Of a stretch of 64,000 nucleotides of DNA, positions 36,800-49,216 are shown one piece after another (the stretch's first letter is position 1; the number at the start of each line of letters is the position of its first letter). Made by a program: the position numbers and the translations under genes. The stretch is from the NCBI RefSeq assembly GCF_006345805.1, contig NC_042997.1, forward strand, positions 193,006,001 to 193,070,000, written 5' to 3'. The notes under the pieces are model-generated. The model was given only the letters and a program-made list of their open reading frames with translations. It was not told the origin of the DNA and made no database searches. The stretch is from Octopus sinensis (lineage: Eukaryota).

Positions 36800-36980
36800 T
36801 TTGGCACAAGGCTAGCAATTTCTGGGGAGGGGATAAGTCAATTACATCGACCCCAGTGCTCAACAGGTACTTATTTTATCAACTCCGAAAGGATGAAAGG
36901 CAAAGTCGACCTAGGTGGAATTTGAACTCAGAATGTAAAGACAGACAAATTTCTGTGCTAATGATACTGCCAGCTTGCCA
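36800..36980 (-). mobile_element. Family A SINE
   Basis: GGATGAAAGGCAAAGTCGACCTAGGTGGAATTTGAACTCAGAATG. Confidence 0.8.
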
Positions 36981-38439
36981 CCTTATTGCGATAAATTTCT
37001 TACCAACAAAAACTGAAAGTTCAATCGAAATAGAAACATTTATTCATTTTCAAGTTCAGGGTTATCAAATCACATTCTTATATTAACAAATATAAACTGA
37101 CATAACCAGAAGATAAGAAAACTGGCAACATCCTTACAAAAATAATTCATCGTTTGACCTTTGAGAAACTGTCTCTATGGAACAAACTGAGTCAAGGTTT
37201 GAAAGGAAATCTTTCACATCAAGATCGTCAAATTAATGCTTTCAAGGTTATGCTATTTTAATCATTGCTGGTATACAATTAATTAATATCAGCTTCTTGT
37301 AGTATCATTTGAGTTGTAAGTAATTTTGATAAATTGGTGGTGAGACTGGTGAGTTTAATCTAGCTGAATAGCTCTACTGTGAAGTTTCCTTCATAGCCAA
37401 GCAGAAATGAGAAAACACTCGTTTCTTGTTGACGACTAACAGGGTTACAAAGTTAGATGATCCTTTGGAGATGGTTTATCAAAACTGAAACTATCTGTTC
37501 GGAAATTTATTCTTTTATTTGTTTCAGTCATTTGACTGCAGCCGTGCTGGAGCACTGCTTTTAGTCAAGCAAATCGACCTCCGGACTTATTCTTTGTAAG
37601 CCTAGTACTTATTCTATCGGTTTCTCTTGTCAAACCGCTAAGTGACGGGGACATAAACACACCAGCATCGGTTGTCAAGCAACGATAGGGTGAAAGTTGT
37701 ATTGTTGTGCGATGACAATCCATAAATAGAGGGAAATAGATACTCTTCAACTAGGCACCAAGTGACCACTTTTCTGCCAGTTTCTTTCCTTTTGTTCTTG
37801 ATTTTTGCACTTAGAAATTTATGAGAACCAACAGTTGCACTTAGTTAAGTTCTGTTGTTTAAGTTAACATTCTTGGGTTAAATAGGGTTCAGGCAGATAA
37901 GAGATGGAAAATCCTTTATCTAGTTTGACCTAATTTAGTTAGAAAAAACATAACCACAGTACCAAAAATTGGTTCTATCACCTTGGTCACTGACAAAACA
38001 CTACGCACTCCTGCTTCTTCCTCTCTACATATGCAAGCTCACACAGTCTTGTGTTTGTCAGCAGTTTTATAGAGGACGTAAAACTCTGCCGTCTTTCATT
38101 TTTTTTCTTCATGTCATCTTCACCCTGAAGAAGAATTGTATCCAAAACATTGGATACTCCATTACTTGTGATAATTTCACTCAACTCTTTGCTGCTTTTA
38201 AAATAGTAACCAATTTTATGGAGCTGTTGTTACTTACAGCATTGACTAACCCTGATCACACAGACCATTGATCAAAAGCAATCCAGCTGTGACCAGTTCA
38301 TCTTTTATTCATTTAGAACTACATTATTCAATGCATCCTTCTTTTCATTTCTTGTAGGCTGAGTGGTCATATTGACGCTTCCCTCTTGGCCTATTTAACA
38401 CTATATTGTATACTCCAGAATGGAATATTGAGCTGTCAT

Positions 38440-38900
38440 CATCATCACCATGGTTTAACATCTGCTTTCCATGCTAGCATGGGTTGGATGATTTGACTGA
38501 GGACTGGCAAACCAGATGGCTGCACCAGGCTCCAATCTGATCTGGCAAAGTTTCTACAGCTGGATGCCCTTCCTAACGCCAACCACTCCGAGAGTATAGT
38601 GGGTGCTTTTACGTGCCAGCGGTGCTGGTAACGGCCACGCTCAAATGGTGCTTTTTACGTGCCACCTGCACAGGAGCTTGTCCAGCGGCACTGGCAACGA
38701 CCTCGCTTGAATGTTTTTTCACATGCCACCAGCACAAGTGCCAGTAAGGCAACACAGGTAACGATCACGCTCGAATGGTGCTTTTTACGTGCCACCGACA
38801 TGGAAGCCAGTTTGTTGCTCTGGCAATGATCACACTCGGATGGTGCTCTTAGCACTCCACTAGCATGGATGCCAGTCATCGAATTTGATTTCAATTTTGA
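38440..38900 (-). mobile_element. Family D retroposon
   Basis: (CAT)n GTTTAACATCTGCTTTCCATGCTAGCATGGGTTGG start and internal GGTGCTTTTTACGTGCCACC repeats. Confidence 0.8.
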
Positions 38901-39189
38901 TTTCACTTGCCTCAACAAGGTCTTCGCAAAGCTTCCTTATTAGCCCACTGTCTGTATATCAGTCTCTCCTGGTTGATCTTTCACTCTCTCTGTCTGTTTC
39001 TGTACAGAGTTGTTTCTACCGTGTCATGCATATTACGTGAGTTCATGGCTGCTTCCTGCACCAGTTTCGCATAGCCCCAGCCCATCCAAAGTACCTTGGA
39101 TTGCAGAACAACCTGCAGTGCTTACCTTGGATCGTAGGGTGACCTGCTGTGCTTGAGGAGACCTATTGAATCAAGTACATCAATATCAA

Positions 39190-39520
39190 AATAAAAATCA
39201 AATGGAAATTGTAGTTATGATACCTGTGCCGGCGGCACGTAAAAAGCACCATCCAAACGTGGCTTCTGTGCCGGTGGCACATAAAAAGCACCAACCGATC
39301 GTGGCCATTGCCAGCCTTCCCTGGCACCTGTGCTGGTGGCACATAAAAAAACACCCACTACACTCACGGAGTGGTTGGCGTTAGGAAGGGCATCCAGTTG
39401 TAGGATCACTGCCAGATCAGATTGGAGCCTGACGCAGCCATCTGGTTCGCCAGTCCTCAGTCAAATCGTCCAACCCAAGCTAACATGGAAAACGGACGTT
39501 AAACGATGATGATGATGCAG
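39190..39520 (+). mobile_element. Family D retroposon
   Basis: Ends GGACGTTAAAC(GAT)n. Further copies at ~40830, 43085, 43720, 44915, 47245, 47360, 49310, 50312, 50938, 51978, 57281 and 57952. Confidence 0.8.
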
Positions 39521-39869
39521 CATGGACCATTTAAGTTAAATACCTTAGTGATGACGATTATTATGTAAACCACCAACCTATTAACTTTGTCATGCATGCT
39601 CTTACCATCTAAATATTTTAGTGATGGTTAAACAATTGAGCAAAAAGACTGAAATGGGACAACAGCAACAAACACAGTGGCTTGCAACCATGAGATAGCA
39701 ACAATGATAGAAACAGCAATAGCAACAGTGATAATCAAACAATAAAAAATAAGACTTCTTATAAGAAATTGTTTAAATTGTATTCAGAAAAGTACTATTT
39801 ATAGAAGAATTATATAAATATATAAATACAAAGAAAAAAAGTTTAAAATATTACAGCATTTACAACTCA

Positions 39870-40030
39870 TCAATCTTCAATCTTAACAAAAACTTTTGAT
39901 CTTGAAAATATTTTCACAGCTTCGTCAATCTCAGCAAGCTTGCTCTCCAGTTCTTGCCGTCTTTTCTGAGCTCGTACGGAATCGTTACTTAAAGGCAGTT
40001 TCTGTATTTTCTGCAGTAGGTCACGCTGGT
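39870..40030 (-). CDS. ENKD1: Enkurin domain-containing protein 1, last exon
   Basis: Acceptor TTGTTGCAG|; encodes (N)QRDLLQKIQKLPLSNDSVRAQKRRQELESKLAEIDEAVKIFSRSKVFVKIED*, resembling the recalled ENKD1 C-terminus (..EEAIKIFSRPKVFVK..). Confidence 0.93.
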
Positions 40031-40081
40031 CTGCAACAATAATAAAACAAAAAGGTAAAAAAAAAAAAATTAGTATGGCGC

Positions 40082-40810
40082 AGTAGTGGCTGTGTGGTAA
40101 GTAGCTTGCTTACCAACCACATGGTTCTGGGTTCAGTCCCACTGCATGGCACCTTGGGCAAGTGTCTTCTATTATGGCCTCGGGCCTACCAAAGCCTTAT
40201 GAGTGGATTCGATAGAAGGAAACTGAAAGAAGCTCGTCGTATATATGTATATATCACGTGATCACGTGACCGACCAGACCATCAGATGTTGCTACACATC
40301 GCTGGTCACAATGCATTCGCATTTGTTTTAGCCTTTGAATGATGCCACCCTGCTAGCTAAGCGAGCAGGCCAGCAGAAGAAAGAATGAGAGAAAGAGTGG
40401 CGAAAGAGTACAGCAAGGATCACCACCCCCTGCCGGAGCCTCGTGGAGCTTTTAGGTGTTTTCGCTCAATAAACACACACAACGCCCGATCTGGAAATCG
40501 AAACCGCGATCTAACGACCGCGAATCCGCTGCCCTAACCACTGGGCCATTGCACCTCCATATGTATATATATGTGTATGTGTGTGTATATTTTTGAGTGT
40601 CTGTGTTTGTCCCCCCCCACATCACTTAACAACCGATGCTGGTGTGTTTACATCCCCGTAACTTAGCAGTTCGGCAAAAGAGACCGATAGAATAAGTACT
40701 AGGCTTACAAAGAATAAGTCCTGGGGTCGAATTGCTCGACTAAAGGCGGTGTTCCAGCATGGCCACAGTCAAATGACTGAAACAAAGTAAAAGAGAGAGT
40801 AAAAGAGTAA
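40082..40810 (+). mobile_element. Family B SINE interrupted by a family C SINE (-, ~40256-40558)
   Basis: B head at 40082-40255 and B tail at 40560-40810; the C copy sits in the internal TA tract with ATATGTATATAT on both sides. Confidence 0.85.
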
Positions 40811-41124
40811 ATAGGCACCCAGCTCCCACTGCAGTCTTTGGAATAGTTGGCGTTAGGAAGAGCATCCAGCTGTAGAAACCATGCCAAATCATATTGAAAC
40901 CTGGTGCAGCTCCCCAGCTTACAAGTTTTCAGTCAAACTGTCCAAATTGTGCCAGCATGGAAAACAGATGTTAAATGATGATGATGACAACACCTCTGGA
41001 CATATTGCTACAAAATCATTCACCTGGTACAGGTTTCAAAGTGGTTGATAACAGAAAGAGCATGACATACACAACAACAAATGTGCCAGATGATGAAGGA
41101 GCACCACAAATGGCAATACTCTCT

Positions 41125-41520
41125 TTTACTCTTTTACTTGTTTCAGTCATTTGACTGTGGTCATGCTGGGGCACCGCCTTTAGTCGAGCAAATCGACCCC
41201 AGGACTTATTCATTGTAAGCCTAGTACTTATTCTATTGGCCTCTTTTGCTGAACCACTAAGTTACGGGGATGTAAACACACCACCATTCGTTGTCAAGTG
41301 ATGTTGGGGGTACAAACACAGACACACAAACATATACACATACATACATATATGCGACGGGCTTCTTTCAGTTTCCGTCTACCAAATCCACTCATAAGGC
41401 TTTGGTCAGCCCGAGGCTATAGTAGAAGACACTTGCCCAAGGTGCCACGCAGTGGGACTGAACCCAGAACCATGTGGTTGGTAAACAAGCTACTTACCAC
41501 ACAGCCACTCCTGCGCCTAC
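41125..41520 (-). mobile_element. Family B SINE in an ENKD1 intron
   Basis: Matches the reverse complement of family B; further copies at ~45135, 48330, 54235, 58725 and 60185. Confidence 0.85.
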
Positions 41521-41962
41521 TCGGTAATTTTTTTAACAAAATTGTTTCTAAAACCTGCACACAGTCAAAAACTTCATCTTTTTTATTTGGTGTAAGTGCT
41601 GCATCAAGATATTATACTTCTCAGCCAAACATAAATGCAGCTTTTTGATCCATTGGGATATGAGTATGCAGGTCCAACAAAGCTCTAGCTCAGTGTATCC
41701 CAAACTTTTTGGGCTGCTTGCCCACTTAACACCCAGGCCACATTCCTAGCACCCCCACCCCAACTAAGCATCACAAACATAGACCTCTTTCTGAAGCAAA
41801 TTCAAAGCAACTGTATTTCACAAAAATAACTTAACCTAATGAACCCATTCTTTTGTTTTTACACAAATCGCTACCCCATTATTGATCAGGGATAAGTCAA
41901 AGTTAAACAACAGTAAAAATTTTTCAGGGAAAAAAAACTGGTACAAAAACTTAAAGCCTTAC

Positions 41963-42099
41963 TTTTCTGGAGTAATTCCAAAGTTTCAACCCGTTCACTA
42001 TCAGGTAATACCTTGTGTCCTGGTGGAACTGTTGGGTCTGGTAAACTGGCAACCCTCTCTTCCTCATCTTTCACCCACTGTGCCTGTCGTTCTTTTAAA
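41963..42099 (-). CDS. ENKD1: ENKD1 exon
   Basis: TTTTAG| ... |GTAAGG, phase 2 to 1; (Y)LKERQAQWVKDEEERVASLPDPTVPPGHKVLPDSERVETLELLQK, containing the enkurin PDP..PPGH motif. Confidence 0.93.
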
Positions 42100-42270
42100 C
42101 TAAAATAGCAAATAAAACATAGAAATAAGTCAGACAATGGACAATAAAAGCATTTCAAATGTGAACAAATACTGAGAATAACAAAAAATTATGGAGATGT
42201 ACTTGCATAGCAAGTGACCTGATCTGAGATCATGTGCTGGAATGAAAACAATTGCAGCGTGGTAGGTGTA

Positions 42271-42441
42271 TATAAGCCATTTAAGAAACACACAAAAACC
42301 GTTAGATTCACTCCAACATTTAAATTCAATTTGCCAAAATATCTTTGTCACAGTCTCAAAGCGACGAAAATATTTTGGCAAATTAAATTTAAATGTTGAA
42401 GTGAATCTAACGGTTTTTGTGTGTTTCTTAAATGGCTTATA
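42271..42441. repeat. Hairpin (foldback) element: 72-bp arms, 27-nt spacer
   Basis: 42271-42342 versus 42370-42441, reverse-complementary with 2 mismatches. Confidence 0.95.
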
Positions 42442-44519
42442 AACAAAAAATTCATATGAATATTAAATGAAAAATTTGTTACTTAAATTTAGAAAATTTT
42501 AAGACAAATATAGCTGATGTTTTGCCCCCAGCTCAGCCTTATGTTCAAACACATTCCAGACATGACATTCATGCAGTTTCAGTACACCTAAAACCACATT
42601 ATTCAGTAGTTAGAATGCTATACAACTGCCTCAAAGCTCTCAAATGCACTTGACATTAGATATATAATGGTGTAACTTGATATAACAATATTTCATTTTT
42701 GGATTTGGTTTGCAAGATTTTTTATATGAGTTTGTGTGTTGAAGCATATTCTGTGGTGTCTGGGGAGAGTCATTTTCTTTTTGTGCCTTATAATCTAACA
42801 CACTCACTGATAAAATTTTTGTTGCGTCTTGCAACCTTTTCAATAGTCAAAACTATTGAAAAGGTTGCAAGAAGCAATGAAAAATTTTAGAACAATGAAA
42901 ATAAGAAAAAAGTGGAAATTTTACCAGTAAGATTATAAGGCACAAAAAGAAAATGTCTCTCCCCAGACACAACTTAATATAACAATATAGTTGTTTTATG
43001 AAACAAGTCTCAACTTATAATTATTTTAAAATTCAAATGTAATTTATTATTTTGCTAGTTCAAATTATTAGTGCCTTCCGCACTAGTGTGGGTGCCAGAT
43101 AAAAAAGTACCAGTTCTGATGCTGTGTAAAAGCACCCAATCCACTCTGCAAAAATTGGTTGGCATTAGGAATGGCATCCAGCTGTAGAAACCATGCCAAA
43201 ACAGACACTTGGAGCCTGGTGCAGCCCTCTGGCTTACCAGCTCCAGTCAAACTGTCCAATCCATGCCAGCAAAGAAGATGGATGCTAAATGATGATGATG
43301 ACCACATCATGGTTGCCTGGTTATTCTTTCATTCTTTTATTAGTTTCAGTCTTTGGACTGCAGCCATGCTGGAGCACTGCCTTCAAGGGTTTTAGCTGAA
43401 TGTAGTAATCCCAGTGCTTTGTCAGGTGCTGAGGTTATTGATTTCATAATGGACAAAGTTTACTTCGGTAAGAAAAGACATGGCTTTTGAATAGGAACAG
43501 ACTTGATCCAGTGTAATATGCAAAGGTCTGAATTTGTATAACCTTGTAACACATTCTAATTTTGGAAATAACTGGAAAACAGAGGGTAAAAGTTGATAAA
43601 ATCACCATCATCATTTAATGTCCCTGCACTGAGCTCCAATCTCTGCTTTGGCATAGTTTCCACAGGTGGTGATTTGCTGTGCTTGAGAAGACATGTGAAG
43701 CTAAGTGAAATTGTGGATGTGGCCAATGCTGGTGGCACATAAAAGGGAATCCGTATGAGTGACACATAGAAGGGCACTCATGCTGGTGACATGTAAAAGG
43801 TCACCCATACTGGTAACATGTAAAAGACATCCAGTACACTTTGTAAAGTGGTTGGTGTTAGGAAGGGCATCCAGCCATACGAACCAAGCCAAAACATGAC
43901 TGGAGCCTGGAGTAGCTCTCTGACTTACCAGCTCCAGTTAAACCACTCAACCCATACATGCATGGAAAATGGACATAAAATGATGATGATGATGATGGAC
44001 TCTCTTCTTTGTGCCAACCACTTCACAGAGGATATTAGGTGCTGTTTCCATGGCACCAGCACTCAAGAGATCAAGTACTCACAAGACAAGATCCCTTAAC
44101 TGAGTGGGGTATAGTATTGAGGGATATGTCAGTGTGTATGTGTGTAAGTCATATTAAATTCTGATATAATCGTAGGCATCTACACCATTTGAAAAATATC
44201 TGTAGAAAACTTCATTTAAAAATATTTGTTTTTCTGGAAGTAAACGGACCTGGATTTTCCAGGGCTGCCAAGAGTACACCAAACACCACCCGAGTGGGGT
44301 ATAGTATTGAGGGATATGGAAGGGATATTGAGGGGTATAGTATTGAAGGATATGATAGAAGGATGGGAGCGAGTGTCTTACTGAAGAGGTAAATAAATGG
44401 CTTCTCCATCTAGAGAGAGAGAGAGAGATGGAGAGATGTGAGGTCAAGGTACAAGGTGAGTATGAGAGAGAGACACAGGAGAGAGAAACAGAAATAAAAG
44501 AGAAAAGTATATTACTTAC

Positions 44520-44680
44520 TATTTAGGGATAACACCTTTTTTGTATTTGTTAAAATCTTCTTCTGTTTTCTTTTTAGCACTAAGTTCCCGCAGAGAACTT
44601 GGAGGTCGTACCTGTTGGTGATGTTTTGCTGCCCGACTATTCCGCTTGACAAAATCTACATCTTTTCTAAGTAGTTCTGT
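44520..44680 (-). CDS. ENKD1: ENKD1 exon
   Basis: AATAG| ... |GTAAGT, phase 0 to 2; TELLRKDVDFVKRNSRAAK..KKGVIPK(Y). Confidence 0.9.
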
Positions 44681-47600
44681 CTATTTGGTGACAAAAAAAA
44701 AAAAACTTTTTTGAAAACAATCTTCACAAAATAGAAAAATCAATTTCAAATTTTCCTGTTTTACTTAAACAACTCACTGTAATTGTATTGTTTTCTTAAT
44801 AAAGAAATTACATCTCCAGAGATTCTCTACGCAAGCATTTCCCATCAAGAGTTCCTGAGAACATTGTGTTTCATCAAAGATCACTAGGAGTTCTCTGAGA
44901 AACAATGATTTATATCATCATCATCGTTTAACATCCACTTTCCATGGGTTGGACGATTTTGACTGAGGGCTGGCGAACCAGATGGCTGCGCCAAGCTTCA
45001 ATCTGATCTGGCAGAGTTTCTACAGCTGGATGTCCTTCCTAATGCCAACCACTCCGAGAGTGTAGTGAGTGCTTTTACGTGCCACCGGCATGAGGGCCAG
45101 TTTGGCAGTACTGTAAAAGGTGTTTTTAGGCTAATTATACTCTTTTACTTGTTTCAGTCGTTTTGACTGTGGAAACAAATGACTGTGGACATGCTGGAGC
45201 ACCACCTTTAGTAAGCCTAGTACTTATTCTATTGGTCTCTTTGCCGAACTGCTTGGGGGGACAAACACAGACACACAAACACATATATATATATATACAT
45301 ATATACGATGGGCTTCTTTCAGTTTCCATCTACCAAATCCACTCAGAAGGCTTTGGTCGGCCTGAGGCTATAGTAGAAGACACTTGCCCAAAGTGCCACG
45401 CAGTGGGATTGAATCCGGAACCATGTGGTTTGTAAGCAAGCTACTTACCACACAGCCACTCCTGCGCCTATAAAATTATATTCATTTTTGAATATAATTC
45501 TATAACCAGAATTTTATTGTACACACATGGCATATTAAAACTACTTGCATCTTCAGACATTAAGAGAACCTGATAGAAAAATTACCTCTAAAGAGAGAAC
45601 TGTAGAGGAATTTGGTTTCAACAAGATCTTAGTTAAAATGAAATTTCTTAAACATCCTTTGTGACATTTGATGGATGTATGGTATTTTGAGCAAATGTTT
45701 TCTACTATAGCCATGGGCCAATCACAGCCTTGTAAGTGTGTTTGAGAGAAGGAAAATGAAAGAAGCCCATCACATATGTATATGTCTATGTATTTGAGTG
45801 AATGATTTCATATTTCTCCCATCCCCATGTGTGGCTCTGCTAATGATGTCATTTACTTACAGTCCACTAGAAAATCATATCTGAGCTTCTTGATGCGTTT
45901 TGATACATTGCAGAATCTTTGTAAACAAACAACTCGTTCCAATATCATTTGCTTCCAGTTTCCCATGGAAGCATGTCTGTGCTGTTTGTTATTTGTCTGG
46001 GAGATTGTTACCTCAACTGGAAATAGATAGGGACTGATAACAGGAAGAGCATCCAATTACAGATAACTGTGCCCCAATATACTCGTCTGACCCATGCAAG
46101 CATGGAAAAGTAGGCATTAAAATGATGATGAGGATGATAAGTTTCATATGATGTGCACTGCAGTATATCAACAATATTATGTAGCCTAAATAAGGATTGG
46201 GGCCTAAATCTAAAACCAACAATGATTTTGAATAATTAAAAACTATTGTTTAATCCTCTTCTGTTTAAACAGACCATATCTGGCCAGAAAATTCTACTTC
46301 CTTTATACACACAGAGCAACACTGGTAAATGGGATGTGAACTATTAAGCAGTCATCTAGGATTTATCAACTTAACAGGCTTTCCACTCTCTCAATATAAC
46401 ATCATACTATCGAAATTTGATTGATTACCCTGATCATGAGTTCACATTACCTCTCTGGTAAAAAATAACAAATGTTTGAGAATTTAATACATGATTTTGT
46501 TTTAGATGGTTTTTTTTCTCTTGTTTTGTTTTTTGCATAGCCTAAAAGCTTCAGAATTTCAAACCTCTCATAAATTAGTGAAAAAACAGGAAATTACTGA
46601 AGCTGTGTTATATACCAAATTAGTTAATAAAATGTTGATGTCTTCCTTGTTTATGAAGAGGAGCTGTTATGATGTATGTATGTAGCTTCACTGCAAGACA
46701 AAGAGAAAAAAACTATCTTTCATATCTGTTGGGACCACTATAATTCCACTCGGGACAACCTGTAAAGTGACTGATGAATGAGCACAAATGTGAGGATAAG
46801 GGATCCTTTAATTTTGTCAATCTTCTTTAGTGCTAGTGCCATCATAAATGCACCCAGTACACTTTGCTTAGTGTGTGTGGTGGTTGTGGAGTGTGTTGTG
46901 TGTGTGTGTGAGAGGGGGCAATGGAGAGACCCTTTTAGTCTTGCTGAAATTACGAGAATATCTCTCAAGTGCTGGGGGCCACAATATAATGCATCCAGTA
47001 TATGCTGTAAAGTGGTTGGTGATAGAAAAGGCATCTAGTTGTAGAAACCAAGTCACTGCAACCCTTACCTCAGAGAAATGAAACTTAGGAGTGAAATGTG
47101 ATACTCTGACTTGCTATGTGAGCTCTAACAACCTGTTCAATCTGTGCCAGCACGGAAAGCAAATGTACAATCATAGGATATTGATCATGAGTATCCTTCA
47201 TAAGAGGAGAAATAAAAGCATATCAACTTTGATTTAGGTTATATATCATCATCATTGTTTAACACCTGCCTTCTATACTGGCATAGGCTGGATGGTTTGA
47301 TGGGAGTTGGTCAGGCAGGAGCCTGCACCAGATTTCTGTATTTGTTTTGGCAGGGTTTTTACAAGCGCCGCCTTGACTGGCTTCTGTGCCGGTGGCACAT
47401 AAAAAGCACCAACCGATCGTGGATGCTGCCAGCTTCCCCTGGCACCTGTGCCGGTGGCACGTAAAAGCACCCACTACACTCATGGAGTGGTTGGCGTTAG
47501 GAAGGGCATCCAGCTGTAGAAACACTGCCAAATCTGACTGGAGCCTGGTGCAGCCCCCTGGTTTCTCAGACTCCGGTCAAACTGTCCAACCCATGCTAGC

Positions 47601-47840
47601 ACAGAAAACAGATGTTAAACGATGATGATGATGATGATGCCCTTCCTAACATCAACCACTCAGCAGAGTGAACTGAGTGCTTTTTACATGGTACAAGCAC
47701 AGGCAAGGTCAGTTTTGGTATGGTTTTTACAGCTGGATGCCCTTCCAAATGCCAACCACTTTACAGTGTGAACTATAAGAAAAAGAAATAGAAGGAAGGC
47801 AATTTTTAATTCTTAAAGTAATGTAAAAGTGCAAACCTAC

Positions 47841-47978
47841 TTCTTTCAGATCATCAGCAGAGGTCAGACTTAGTTTCTCAAATGAACCATCCACTGACTG
47901 GTTCTCACTTGGTAATCTAGTTGGAGGTCCCGATCGTGAATGAGCCCGCAAATAATTCCCAGGTGCTGATGGTTCATT
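47841..47978 (-). CDS. ENKD1: ENKD1 exon
   Basis: TTACAG| ... |GTAGGT, phase 0-0; NEPSAPGNYLRAHSRSGPP..DDLKE (LRAHSR motif). Confidence 0.9.
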
Positions 47979-48481
47979 CTGTAATACATATCAAAGCAAC
48001 AGGAATATTTACAAAAGGAAGAATTACAGAAAAATATAAGATTGAATATGGGAAAAAATTATTTGTTCAGCATTGTATAAAAAGCACATGATCCAGCCTT
48101 AATTTCTTTAAATTTGTTACTTGCACAGTCTTCATTTATTCATGCCATTTTTTTCGCTATGCATGTGGAAGGGAAGTAAGCCAGAGCAAGATGAGATAAG
48201 AAAGAGTAAGAGAAGTAGAGTGATAGGAGTGAGAGACAACTACATGATGGTTATTGGTAAGGAATTTGAGTAGTAGCATTCTTTTATTTGATGAGAGTTT
48301 TAGTAATTATATTGAGTTGATAAGCACAGGCATAGCTGTGTGGTTAAGAAGTTTGCTTCCAACCACATGGTTTCAGGTTCAAATCCAATGTGTGGTGCTT
48401 TAGATAAGAGTCTTTCTTTTGTTGTAGCCCCAAGCTACTTGTGAGTGGATTTGATAGATGGAAACTGAAAGAAGCTCATCA

Positions 48482-48512
<31 letters not shown>

Positions 48513-48734
48513 CTCCTTGTCTTGACATTGACATGATAGTTGTAAATGAGTGCCACTGTCATGGAAGTAGTATCAGTCACTTCCAATATTCCATGAAAAA
48601 ACATGTCTGGCTGTAAATAAATATTACCTTGTTTGAAAACAGGTAAGGTTTGACAACAACAAGAGCATCTGACTAGAAAATCCCCTTCAACAAACTTTGT
48701 CCAACCCATGCAATCATGGAAAAGTGAACATTTT

Positions 48735-48965
48735 TATTTCTTTATTGCCCACAAGGGGCTAAATATAGAGGGGACAAACAAGGACAGACAAAGGGATTAA
48801 GTCGATTACATCGACCCCAGTACGTAACTGGTACTTATTTAATCGACCCCAAAAGGATGAAAGGCAAAGTCGACCTCGGCAGAATTTGAACTCAGAACGT
48901 AACGGCAGACGAAATACCGCTAAGCATTTCTCCTGGCATGCTAATGCTTCTGCCAGCTTGCCGCC
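48735..48965 (-). mobile_element. Family A SINE
   Basis: Full core; further copies at ~60855 (+), 61695 (+) and 62120 (-). Confidence 0.85.
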
Positions 48966-49055
48966 CTCCAGTGAACATGGAAAAATTCCAGTGAACATTG
49001 GAAAAGTGAAGATGATGATGATGAGGAGGAGGCAGATAATATTTATTCTTCATAC

Positions 49056-49216
49056 CTGTGATTGTTCTCTAAACCTTGATGGAACATCCTGAAATTTTTT
49101 CGACTTCCACAACTCTTTGGGTGGTTCCTGACTTTCAAGTGTTTTTGACCTCACTAACTTTTGAATCTGATGAACTTTCTTCAGGTTTTCATTCATATAA
49201 TTTTTAGGTTTTGCCT
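49056..49216 (-). CDS. ENKD1: ENKD1 exon
   Basis: TTTGCAG| ... |GTATGA, phase 1 to 0; (E)AKPKNYMNENLKKVHQIQK..ELWKSKKFQDVPSRFREQSQ. Confidence 0.9.

Noticed and set aside
45858-46020. Open, splice-flanked segment inside an ENKD1 intron
   Set aside because: No ENKD1 similarity, and its phase does not fit the flanking phase-0 junction, which already joins cleanly.
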